From Candidatus Multivoradales bacterium (GTDB lineage Bacteria > Acidobacteriota > Thermoanaerobaculia > Multivoradales > J023), in assembly GCA_965248925.1 (NCBI GenBank), contig CBDFLE010000004.1, positions 128,001 to 192,000 of the forward strand: DNA of 64,000 nucleotides, given 5' to 3'. This document shows positions 32,701 to 37,858 of the stretch, in pieces. Position 1 is the first letter of the stretch; each line of letters begins with the position of its first letter. The position numbers were made by a program, and so were the translations under genes. The notes beneath the pieces are model-generated. The model was not told the DNA's origin. It did no database searches and was given only the letters and a program-made list of their open reading frames with translations.

Positions 32701-34561
32701 CAACCTCGTCCTACTCACCAACGAAGCCGGCAAGCCCATCGAACGCTACGCCTACGGCCCCTACGGCCGGCAGTGGATCGTCGCCGACTCGACCGCGCCG
32801 GTAGTCGAGCAGATCCGCATGAAAGGCGACGAGCTGTGGCTCGAACTCTCAGAAGAAGTGCGGCTCGACCGCCTGCAAGCCGCCGCAAGTGCCGGCACGC
32901 TGACGCTGGTCAACGCCCTCGGCGAAGAGATCAGCTTGCAGATCGAGCAGCCCGTCGACAACGGCCGCGCCGCCCGGCGGCGCGTGGTGCTGAGCGAGGC
33001 GCCGAGCCAGAATCCCCCACGCTGGCCAGCGGCGGGCGAGACTGCCACCCTGACTATCCCAGCCGGAGCCCTGGTCGACCTCTTCGAAAACAAAGGCGCG
33101 GCCGTGGCCGAAGCTATGACCTGGCCGACCATCGCGGACGAGATCCACAGCGACACCGCCCCTCCCCAGCTGCTCCAGGCTTGCGTCACACCGCAGAGAA
33201 AAGTCGAGCTGGACTTCAGCGAGCCCCTCGACGAAGCGACCCTCGACACCATCCAGCTCAACAGCGTGGCAACCACCTGGACCGTCTCCGCCGATGGCTA
33301 CCGCCTGACCAGCGGCGCCCTCGCGGTCGGCTCCAACACCCTGCTGGTAGACGGCGAACTGAAAGACCTCGCCGGCACCTCGCTAGCCGGCATCGTGAGC
33401 GAGATCTTCATCGTCAACCCAGGTCAGGGCACGATCATCCACAGCGCCCCCTACGCCGGGCAGATCTCCGCCTCGGCCACCGGTAACCCGTTTGGCTTCA
33501 AAGGCTTGCCGCGAGACCCGGAGAGTGGGCTGATCTATGTGCGCAACCGCTACTACGATCCAGAAATGGGTCGGTGGATCACCTCCGATCCACTGGGACT
33601 CGTCGATGGGCCGGGGCAGTATGCCTTTGTCGGCGGGGATCCGGTGAATTTTGGCGACCCGATGGGACTCTTCAATGTCGGGTTGGGGCCGTGTGGTGCA
33701 GTTGTAGATGCCGAGAGGCGAGCAGAGTGCCTGGCGAAGTCTCGGTTGGGGGCTCAGCAGTTTGACCAGGCTGTCACTACCGCGTTAGCCAATCCCTATG
33801 TACAGGGCAGCCTTCAAGTCATCGGTGGTTGTACCGAAGCGGTTGTCGGAGGTGCTGCCGTGCTCTCCGGCGCGGGGGTCTTGCCGGGTGCTGTCGCTCT
33901 TGCTCATGGCACCGATCTGTGCGGGACGGGAATCTCAACGCTCATCGTGGGCGAGACTCAGGAGACCCTCTTCTATCAGGGTGCAACAGCTGGCTTGGTG
34001 GCAAGCGGAGTCGATCCGTACTATGCTGGTTGGGCCGCGGCAGGGCTGGACCTTGGAGTCGGGATCGGCGCTACTCGGGCTGTTGGGCGCTCGTTTGCGC
34101 GGGCTGCGACCACTGGGACGGCAGCTAAGTCCCGAGTGCCGCGAGTGAACCTCGCAAATCCAGTAAATCCGCTATTTGACAGCGAGGACTTAGTCTACGG
34201 TCTGTACAGGGCGACAACACGAAGCAGAAGGAGCGGCCTCGCTACGTTCAATCCGACCTTGGATCTAAGGAATAGAGCGGGCGGTAGACTTTTGACTTCT
34301 TTCGACAAGCCACCGGAATTGGACTGGGTTCGATTCAGCATACTCAAAATGGACGAAGTGTTGGCAAGCGGAAGAAAGATTCGTTTTAACCTGAGCTACC
34401 TTGAGGATGTTGATAACCTAATTCTCGGCCAAGGGAGGTATGGTGCATCAATTACGGCCAGTGAGCTGCGGTACCTGCGAGATAATTGGGGACGGTTTGA
34501 GAACAACGTTGTTTTTTACAAGCACTATCGAGTGGTGAGGTCGCCATGGCAAGTTCAGTAG
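19412..34561 (+). CDS. Giant RHS/YD-repeat polymorphic toxin 1 (signal peptide, Ig repeats, ZU5-like and LVIVD-like segments, DUF6531-like, RHS core, unknown toxin tip)
   Basis: ATG at 19412 follows AGGA and aligns with the copy 2 start. Sec signal LLLSASAAQA-A; RTYRS...GPLGPGW; many YD repeats; RNRYYDPEMGRWITSDPLG...PVNFGDPMGL core end at ~33670. Confidence 0.92.
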   Translation: MSKQLLLRFLLILQVFLGVLLLSASAAQAAPVFVSVTPVDGTLSSAASVTLTVEVQGAISLQVDGQAVTTVDPSGTVWTAGPYSLSEGERVLVLIAEDASGVQAQQLHRVVRDSLPPVLSLSQPAAGAIVASSPLIVVGTAVDAHLAAVRVGGQVAALSGASFSHSLVLVEGEQTFTVEASDSLGQSGQQSVTVTLDSQPPTVALLEGAQPLAADALFNRSVVLSFSVTDATATTVEALLDGASFTSGTTVSAAGSHVLSVTATDAAGQPTSVSRSFEIDLTAPTFLSFTPSDGTLLADSQVTLSGVVEGAAALSVEGQAASLVGQSWTAGALQLIEGEREISIVATDLAGNSASFTLHLERDARAPQLIGLVPSVDTVLATSPVAVSGTASDAHLLEVRVGGELASLTGSQFSHPAVALVEGENLLPIVATDQVGHQATAELRLVLDTQAPTLSLLVAGVPLQGGAVFAGPVTPEISASDATEVVTSATLDGATYLPGTVIDGDGLHQLSVSASDAAGHQATVLVSFSLDLAAPVFADLAPVAGSVDSAAQVTLTGRAPGAVSVSVDGQAATLAGDGFSAGPFNLSEGERVFLLAATDSGGNVTQLTHHLTRDSTAPQLTLGQPAAGALLGSTSVDVSGTASDPRLDQVTVNGVLAELSGGAFLARQVPLTEGDNVLTVVAADTVGNEVQTTRSVTVDTTPPTVVITDPASGTITPEAGLTLSGSAADPHLDRVEVAGVGASLVGEQWSLAVDLQEGSNTFTVEAFDPLGHSTSASVTVTRDSSAPEIHIESPAEGLYSPAANLTVSGTVVAEPDLTVTVGGVAATIAGSSWSAAAVPLVEGENRLIARVTDALGNQGTHTRVVWRDNQAPEFLSSIPAAGALELPAGSSFRLRFSEPLAAPSGGAYSLSTLAGQALASSAEIDGDDLVITPQAALPSATELRLVLGAGLVDRAGNALAAAHTLAFTVVDGGAPAAPQLDAYASYLCAPATTLAGGAEPGAWIEVDGGASVGAGQVADDGRFAISVVLLPEGPNHLTVIAVDAAGNPSPATSADIVHDCTAPEVLGASREAAGFRIALSETVDPLSLSGSVRVYDGGMEIAGTESATASELIWTASGALPAVALLVEVEGALADLAGNPLAFPYRQLFDIALGGSFFSGTAIDDASGRPLGGVRAVVTASDGVALAEPWPEQTSGEDGRLVIALPAGTHDVTFARPGYTPVFRVVTTVDGQGTDVFDPRLTPAAAAVSIDASGGLVEGSSEVGTAPRLTLPTAGLASATAVRLTAVGGQGLAALLPYGWAPRGAVWVDLSAANLAASATLDLPVTSADGTVLEAVTLDLATLQWRSLGVVTVSGGEVTMTVDGEGAWAAVEADSGALAPPPAVAGQMLGSSAAPPSGGVTSASLSFDPEVVLPTQRSWVQVLYGLAAEVPSGVPLTLSIEERLELLDGSVRRISPYSADLVLYRDSLGDPTSRFRLRPSAAARSLPVRLGAEQVSVRSYGDETVRGNVLGPDGGVVSSAEGDQVVLPAAALEEPTAVTLSRRTVADLPLAPPAGGTVDGVLELDLAGRRLLLPAELSWSLTPAPAAGTPGLLLGVVEVEGEPRYRAIAELEATATGWTTKVIDTADLAWPGVLEGGLYVFLRLDAVPRFVRGMVLDPGGAPVVGAVVESTTVPWLQISAAEGGYVLPILLDAATLSARRAVTGNAVAVALPAGVAAERVDLDLPLQIVAPWVEQITPSAGTSGVLLGFNPVVRFSEPVDRASLDGAIELRQGGVAVAVALDHQGALVTLLPQATLVPGSEYEVWVGAAVRDLQGYGLSGSVSVLFSTEVVATPAGVDRGRIFLVEPDAQGLARVEGLAGAAPAGTLVFVENLTSFSTTESVQSAGDGSFLLTIGASLEDQLLLHVLIDGGNEVVILLTPFLGADLRTGLAGTGAGEFTTADGITVRYAAGTFAGPSRVQVTPIAMGTLAAAEDFSELLTFRLEIDGAQPLKPLEVTMAAPAGTAPAGTAAGSLWLLRRQLEIADLPWMVHAELALDGGQVSTINTVGEAQSANSGEVGGTKSAAFAVPAPLRVLSPAEAAARLPRSGYLSALPPSDPAALVEVEPPLAGLGPAKATVAPVLADYLVGVSRPGVYQAARAEVELGWIAFPFRGAQDLVVRSAELPEVVLALDAVNRSFLPLGAGALPVELSPTPLNADPAAPGTPGTPGSKAPPAGEPKADSVEIQVLDFAGVELYRVVVDAPTQQVVLLSPSQLPNAGPPMPVGGGPLRFHAFDVAEGTAGIAAGISAELEGNSLTVSGEAGSAGAGVAVRLIDLESSNVLSATASPGGSFSVVASPSQLGDQLVLAISAKLTPGQPLRLDFSEALQEEAPGIRVEHDGMALPITKEPLGSWAQLLIHGGWQAGKTYNLRLDSTMADAAGLPWDTDLTLPFEVAESSAGTSFALDAAHDIARLGSLLFVAAGADGLAVLDASDPRQLKNWLAAETYVDLVSEPGLPVRGVATDSHGRVVAVGGGVARRGVLLILDPQELPQGAATVPAAAILGRTLLTEPQLAGSGAPPLLIGRPLAVEIFNRDESTSWTVGEVVPPGLTLAPPSPPSGTAAVSLTVSGMATAERPVTLRNLTTGERDSARVGSPGGGGAGSFSLSLSVRRGDRLELLRNELSLAYVAGYDAGVVTVDLNAVEAASEEVDDPWDAFDLLRYNTHYVVPSEVLCSTFEYDQRFDVIDARVLPAAAEGEPWSVLALVENYGLLSLGASVAAPLDKLAYRDALCGEVDDNRKMGGLDVLPGYRFDRNGDGVLDDEEPERDFALLTNTVGGGGLGWLLIVDVTERNELRLVGRIELPGPATRVTADPVGRRALVSGHGGGVYIVDLDRWPAQSGGGGTPQIWSSDRVVERLSFGEDVRAPTLVAPELGLAFAGGVARGVTPLSTGLPRLSLVSSGEQGLRRVSRLAPFGAPTAPESAEEGAEEIPGVIRVQAQLPGGLADAEGKIRVDLSGIGPAGLPVRGLGEGLMDEPVAELRDDKALVLQRQSDNPLSEGYNVFLSDPVVLLADVRASAHFERSEAEKEACRRCDLVDEGVYAAADLPPNELHVELLSGHQVRASYSEAVASSLSGLYNADLLAGYAVIADSVPWDLSPSPHQEPVLNAATSAMAAPGTLLHSGEMTRQAHDLSLQGRGLDLALVRTYRSQTISNGPLGPGWDHGYRLRLRLLPNGDVDFFDGTGRRETFTLEDDRELKPPVGRFVQLKKYAEGYTLIGSGYQRWRFDRWGRLVSMIDSVRTSEETGNEITFHYDAHSRLARIHDDLGRNTFLHYDDEGRLEKIVDFSDRDFLYHYDAQGRLTSFETPVVDLGSGSSQRLSTTYAYHAAGTGLAGQLSQRDDLKSETDAKSQTWLTLRYQDSDGNGRPDALKEQDWGAETVHLAFDFDGQQTTLTDRRGKVWTYHLNAAGQMLSERDPASHQSNWSYEPSGALAQATEAGGITTDLTYGSDSPRQRGNVSSVTTTPSPGYPNPVAPVVVQVLERVKKTNRVASWNDKHGAQHLIITYPNELPKVRHDAYGTPLNATSSMTYDFFGRILEQTAPNQSKTTFTYSLEDGYLTQVVADAQNLALSTDFLERDARGNPLRWRDPRGVIHEAEYNALGWLLRQRQAISGGAAPIGLVSEFDYDANGQVTATRRSHSGGGMTAVRFTYGVLGELLRSEREVEPGGAAILETVAYDPHLNPTRIVDGVGGVTLLEYDARNLPLRKTSGAGTAAEIAEEYSYDADGRLVVYTDARQQVWRTEYDGLGRPAAQINPLGERTETEYTPGDLPIHQRRLSASGVVKSEQQWQWDVRARQTRGMAHLWAYGEGDGDGEAHQQLTTEFTYDAISNLLTVEGPGISLEHRYDSAGRRTLSQDQAGNIVELDLDPLGLVTSQRHLEQLAEGGTATVENTFTHDALGRPLSESLPQGGSRSWQYDVRGNLTRFADADGRVWSWQYDGLDRRVAEQAPGGVDLSHTYDQASRPLTYTDALGNQTRWVYDVLGRRTDWLLNGVGVEIYGHDESGNPTSILRADGSRIDQSFDAAGRLISRQINLPDGTLGEAESYAHDALGRITQQTAGGISTQHSFDSLSRLTAETTANLTVGYQHDAAGNLIQISYPSGRRVDIVPDGLNRPSTVAWAAPGPPEVKVRYGYRGGNLMSSRSLAQLTGVKTFDAGRRTAGWQVQDAGNQLLLGESLSWTPGSRLATATRTDLGGLTRRYGYQDGRLISAIQTGGPASSAPAATGWADVPASFTYSYDRAQNLLGMDFAQSCAATQVALPLDGSGWNRPASVAGEALQWTARQELASKGNFNFTYSWDHRPIELRRNGVTIASYKYDSQGRRVERQVGADTYTTVWSGWQPIEEYKNGLLHSRRTYGVGLDELIRLESDLDGDGVLEQEYLPFYDTIGNLVLLTNEAGKPIERYAYGPYGRQWIVADSTAPVVEQIRMKGDELWLELSEEVRLDRLQAAASAGTLTLVNALGEEISLQIEQPVDNGRAARRRVVLSEAPSQNPPRWPAAGETATLTIPAGALVDLFENKGAAVAEAMTWPTIADEIHSDTAPPQLLQACVTPQRKVELDFSEPLDEATLDTIQLNSVATTWTVSADGYRLTSGALAVGSNTLLVDGELKDLAGTSLAGIVSEIFIVNPGQGTIIHSAPYAGQISASATGNPFGFKGLPRDPESGLIYVRNRYYDPEMGRWITSDPLGLVDGPGQYAFVGGDPVNFGDPMGLFNVGLGPCGAVVDAERRAECLAKSRLGAQQFDQAVTTALANPYVQGSLQVIGGCTEAVVGGAAVLSGAGVLPGAVALAHGTDLCGTGISTLIVGETQETLFYQGATAGLVASGVDPYYAGWAAAGLDLGVGIGATRAVGRSFARAATTGTAAKSRVPRVNLANPVNPLFDSEDLVYGLYRATTRSRRSGLATFNPTLDLRNRAGGRLLTSFDKPPELDWVRFSILKMDEVLASGRKIRFNLSYLEDVDNLILGQGRYGASITASELRYLRDNWGRFENNVVFYKHYRVVRSPWQVQ

Positions 34562-35028
34562 TTCTTCCGTTATCAGGCACTGGTTCGATTGAGCTTGTAG
34601 AACAGTGGGTTGATGGTAAAGAGAGAAGACCGCAGCGGTCAACTTACTTTGACTCCCATAGATTTAGAGACTGTGTCCTTTGGTCGGTTTCAGTGCGTTG
34701 CATTGATAGTGAAGTGCGACTGGGGAGTGCAAGTAGAGGTTCTTGGGTTTCTGCGTTCCGGTCCTTCGCGTCGAGCATCAATGCTCTGAAATTTAAGTTT
34801 GAGAAGTTTCTGGGGGAGAACGTCTACTTGTTACTATACCTACACGATGAGTGTGGGCCTTTCGCGAATCTCTATGTCGTTGAATACGGTCGGCGGCAGA
34901 TTGAACTTGGGTGGCAGGTTGGCACAGGTAAAATCGAGAGGAGCGGCATCGAGATTGATCGCGCATTGGTTGAAACTTGGCCGAGTCTTCTTCGAGTGTC
35001 CCGTCCGCCGCGTCCACAATCAGATTAG
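34546..35028 (+). CDS. Putative cytoplasmic immunity protein for toxin 1
   Basis: 160-aa, lower-GC ORF overlapping the RHS stop by 16 nt; no signal peptide. Its last codons (VSRPPRPQSD*) come from the boundary repeat and module DNA. Confidence 0.65.
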   Translation: MASSVVLPLSGTGSIELVEQWVDGKERRPQRSTYFDSHRFRDCVLWSVSVRCIDSEVRLGSASRGSWVSAFRSFASSINALKFKFEKFLGENVYLLLYLHDECGPFANLYVVEYGRRQIELGWQVGTGKIERSGIEIDRALVETWPSLLRVSRPPRPQSD

Positions 35029-35206
35029 TAGCCAAACGGCCACTTTACTGGTCGCCGGCCCTCATTGATGGACCCGCTCCTTGTCGCTCCTCCTCAGCTC
35101 ACGCCGAGTCAGGAAATCCATGGAAACTTGCGGTGTCCCGTCCGCCGCGTCCACAGCCAAAATTTGTCCCGTCCGCCACGTCCACATGTCCCGTCCGCCG
35201 CGTCCA
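34997..35206 (+). repeat. Four direct copies of 20-mer TGTCCCGTCCGCC(G/A)CGTCCA
   Basis: Copies at 34997-35016, 35134-35153, 35165-35184 (1 mismatch) and 35187-35206. Confidence 0.9.
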
Positions 35207-35217
35207 CGAACAGAATA

Positions 35218-35253
35218 GTGGCTAAAAGGCCACTTTATTGACCGTTTAGCCAC
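35218..35253. other. Imperfect 15-N6-15 inverted repeat (GTGGCTAAAAGGCCA-CTTTAT-TGACCGTTTAGCCAC): terminator or protein-binding site
   Basis: 13/15 arm complementarity. Lies between the convergent immunity and rve genes. Related half-sites follow the 20-mer at ~35028 and ~57590. Confidence 0.4.
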
Positions 35254-35413
35254 GCCGGTAAGTCGGCACCGTGCCGATCATCCTCAGCGCATTCTGAAAA
35301 TCTTCCCAGTCGACCGCCCTCTTCGCTCACCGGCCGGAAATCGTGCCCCATGGTCGCACGTCACCGTGGACAGCGCGTCGCAGCAGCCCATCAACTCTCC
35401 AGCCTGAGCCGCT

Positions 35414-36328
35414 CTACTTGGGCGCATGGAAGCCAGAGAGCACTCCTTGCCAGGCGGTCATGAATCGTAGGTGCCCTCGTGAGGGCTGGCGGCCGGTCCA
35501 GATCTCTGCCGGTGTGCAGCCGTCGAGGTTCTGGTGCGGGCGCAGTTCGTTATACCAAAACCGGAAGACATCCAACTGTCGCTGGGTCTTGTGGCCCGCT
35601 GGCAGCGGCTCGCGCCGCCGCCGCAGGCGCTCTTTGAAGGTGCCGAAGAAGCGCTCGATACGTCCGTTCTGCCACGGCGAGGCCAGCTGGGTGCGCTGGT
35701 GGCGAATACCCAGTATGGCCAGCGAAAGCCGGAAGATCCAAGATGTAAAGACTGGCTCGTTGTCAGTGCGCAAGCACTTTGGCTTGCCGCATAGCTCGAT
35801 CGTGTCGAGCAGCTGGCGCACCAGTTCGACCGATGCTTTGGTCTTCACTGCTTGAAGGCTCAAGCAGAGCCGAGTGCCGTGGTCGAGCAGGCCGAAGATG
35901 GTTTCTTTCTGGCCGGCGGTGTTATCAGCGTAGGTGAGATCGGCGGCCCAGATCAGCCGCTTGCCGCCGATCCCAGGTTTTCTCCTGCGGATCTTCCGGC
36001 GCCAAGCGAGAATCTCCAGCTGGTGCTCGTTGAAGATCTTTGCAACGTAGCTCTTGCCCACCGTCATTCGGCGATGGCGGTAGTTGCGATTGAAGGCTGC
36101 CGCGATCGCCCTACAGCCATCGTCGGGCTGCAACGCCTTGAGCCGGATCACCGCTTGGCGCACCCACTTGGGCTTGCGCCGGCAGAAGCCGCGACAAGTC
36201 GTCGGGTCGGGTGGACACTTGGCTCGGCGGCGGTGCTTTGCTCTGGGTCGCAGGGCGAAGGAAGTGAGCGCAAGAATCAGAAGCAACACGAACGCCCAGA
36301 GAAGGGCGCCGGCAAGGTCGGAAGTCAT
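35414..36328 (-). CDS. rve/DDE integrase-core protein with hydrophobic N-terminus, copy 1
   Basis: WAADLT (D), LRTDNE (D), PWQNGRIERFFGTFKE (E), YNELRPHQNLDGCTP. HTH-like GCRAIAAAFNR...VGKSYV. Confidence 0.85.
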   Translation of the reverse strand: MTSDLAGALLWAFVLLLILALTSFALRPRAKHRRRAKCPPDPTTCRGFCRRKPKWVRQAVIRLKALQPDDGCRAIAAAFNRNYRHRRMTVGKSYVAKIFNEHQLEILAWRRKIRRRKPGIGGKRLIWAADLTYADNTAGQKETIFGLLDHGTRLCLSLQAVKTKASVELVRQLLDTIELCGKPKCLRTDNEPVFTSWIFRLSLAILGIRHQRTQLASPWQNGRIERFFGTFKERLRRRREPLPAGHKTQRQLDVFRFWYNELRPHQNLDGCTPAEIWTGRQPSRGHLRFMTAWQGVLSGFHAPK

Positions 36329-36378
36329 TCCTTGAGAATACCGATCTGGCGCAGCCTAGCACGAGGCGCCGCGTTCTC

Positions 36379-36846
36379 TTACTGATCACCTCCCGAATGC
36401 CAGAAGCCCGGCTTGTGCAACTCCAGCACGAAGTCCACCTCGGCGGCCCTCGTCTCGTAGTCACGCCGCTCCTTCGCCGCCGCGATCCTGGCGGCGATCT
36501 CGCTGGCCAGGTGCTCTCCCTTGCCGGGTCGCGTCGGCAAGGCTTCTCTGGCCACATCGCGGAGGACTTGCTCCACCAGCGCCCGGTCCTTCTTCTTCGG
36601 GTCGCTAGCGTGGTTGAGAAACCACAGGATCAGCGCCGCGGGCTCGAGGAAACGGTGGTTGACCGCGGCCAGGAAGGCCGCAGTCAGCTCTTCGATCGGC
36701 GCGCCGGCAGAAAGCTTTATCTCGGCCAGGCTGTCGATGCTGGAATGATTGAGTCGCTGGTTGGCGCCGGTGATCTGAGCGGCGATCTGGCGTACTGTCT
36801 GGTGGATCTGTTCGGTGGTCATAGGCTTTCTGGACAGAGTGGCCAT
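36379..36846 (-). CDS. Hypothetical helical protein (155 aa), copy 1
   Basis: Strong AGGAGG RBS; 5 aa differences from 58751..59218; co-oriented with rve. Confidence 0.75.
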   Translation of the reverse strand: MATLSRKPMTTEQIHQTVRQIAAQITGANQRLNHSSIDSLAEIKLSAGAPIEELTAAFLAAVNHRFLEPAALILWFLNHASDPKKKDRALVEQVLRDVAREALPTRPGKGEHLASEIAARIAAAKERRDYETRAAEVDFVLELHKPGFWHSGGDQ

Positions 36847-36871
36847 TCTGGTGTTCCTCCTAGGTGATCTA

Positions 36872-37111
36872 TTATTGGCGGATATTGACGCCGAAGCCGA
36901 TGGCCATGGTTTCGATGGCTTGGGCCAGGGCGATGTGTTGCTCGGTGAGTTCGGCCTCCGGCGTGGCGGGCAGCTTGAGGGTCAGCAAAGTGCCGCGTAG
37001 ATGAACTTCTTTGAGGTCACGGTTCAAGAAAAAGCACCCTCCGGGCAGAAGGGACCGGTCCTGCCCGGAGGGGAGTCGCCGTGGTTGGGGAGGGACCACC
37101 ACGGCCATCAC
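36872..37111 (-). CDS. Small hypothetical protein (79 aa), copy 1
   Basis: Conserved in copy 2 with a frame-preserving indel and a synonymous CGC/CGA change. Start uncertain. Confidence 0.5.
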   Translation of the reverse strand: MMAVVVPPQPRRLPSGQDRSLLPGGCFFLNRDLKEVHLRGTLLTLKLPATPEAELTEQHIALAQAIETMAIGFGVNIRQ

Positions 37112-37180
37112 AGGGAATCCAGACCTCCTGACCTACCCCTCCTAACCCTCTGAAAACACAGGACCGCCCCTCAGAGGTGG

Positions 37181-37858
37181 TGCGGACCCAAAACTGTCCG
37201 CTCTTTTCGGTGCCGAGGCATGATCGAGCATGGCACTGACGAGCGAGCACACCGTCCTGTTCCCAGACCACGCCGGGGTCCCCGATGGGGTTGTGGTGAT
37301 CAACGACCGCTGCCGCCTCCAGCAGAGGGGCGGCTATCGGGTGGTGGTGGTCAGCGGCATGCCGCTCGCTCACTTCGCTGCCGGCGACAGGACAGGAGAG
37401 GCCCACGCGATGGTGAGTCTCGTTGAATTGGGCTGGGCACAGCAACGCGAGGTGGCCCTTGCGTTCGCTTGTGATGTGCGGACTGTGCGCCGGAATCAGC
37501 GCCGCTTCGAAGAAGGTGGGCTGGCTGCTCTGGGCCGGCCGCGCGGTTTTCCCCGGGGTCAGTCTCGGGTAGCGCAGGGCCGCCTGGACGCGGTCAACGG
37601 CTGGAAGGCCGAGGATGTGTCGAATCGCGAGATTGGCCGGCGGCTGGGCATCGATGAGAAGGCCGTTCGCAAGCTCGCCAAGCGCCTGGGCTGGAAAGAG
37701 CGGTCGGTAGTGCAGATGACGATGCCCTTCGAGAGTGCGGACCCAAAACTGTCCGCCTCTGATGAGCAGCAGGTCGACGGCCCCCTGAAAACTGCGGATC
37801 TTGCGCTCGACGCTGAGGGTGGCGGTGACCCAGCGGCTGCGGACCCAAAACTGTCCGC
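37181..37858 (+). repeat. Three identical 21-mers TGCGGACCCAAAACTGTCCGC inside the IS
   Basis: At 37181-37201, 37736-37756 and 37838-37858; each has GCGGAC/GTCCGC dyad arms. Confidence 0.85.

Noticed and set aside
34997-35206. CRISPR array formed by the 20-mer repeats
   Set aside because: Spacers are 117, 11 and 2 bp, the repeat is short, and no cas genes are present.
34546-36328. Integron (attC cassettes plus integrase)
   Set aside because: The enzyme is a DDE/rve protein, not a tyrosine recombinase, and no RYYYAAC...GTTRRRY attC structure was seen.
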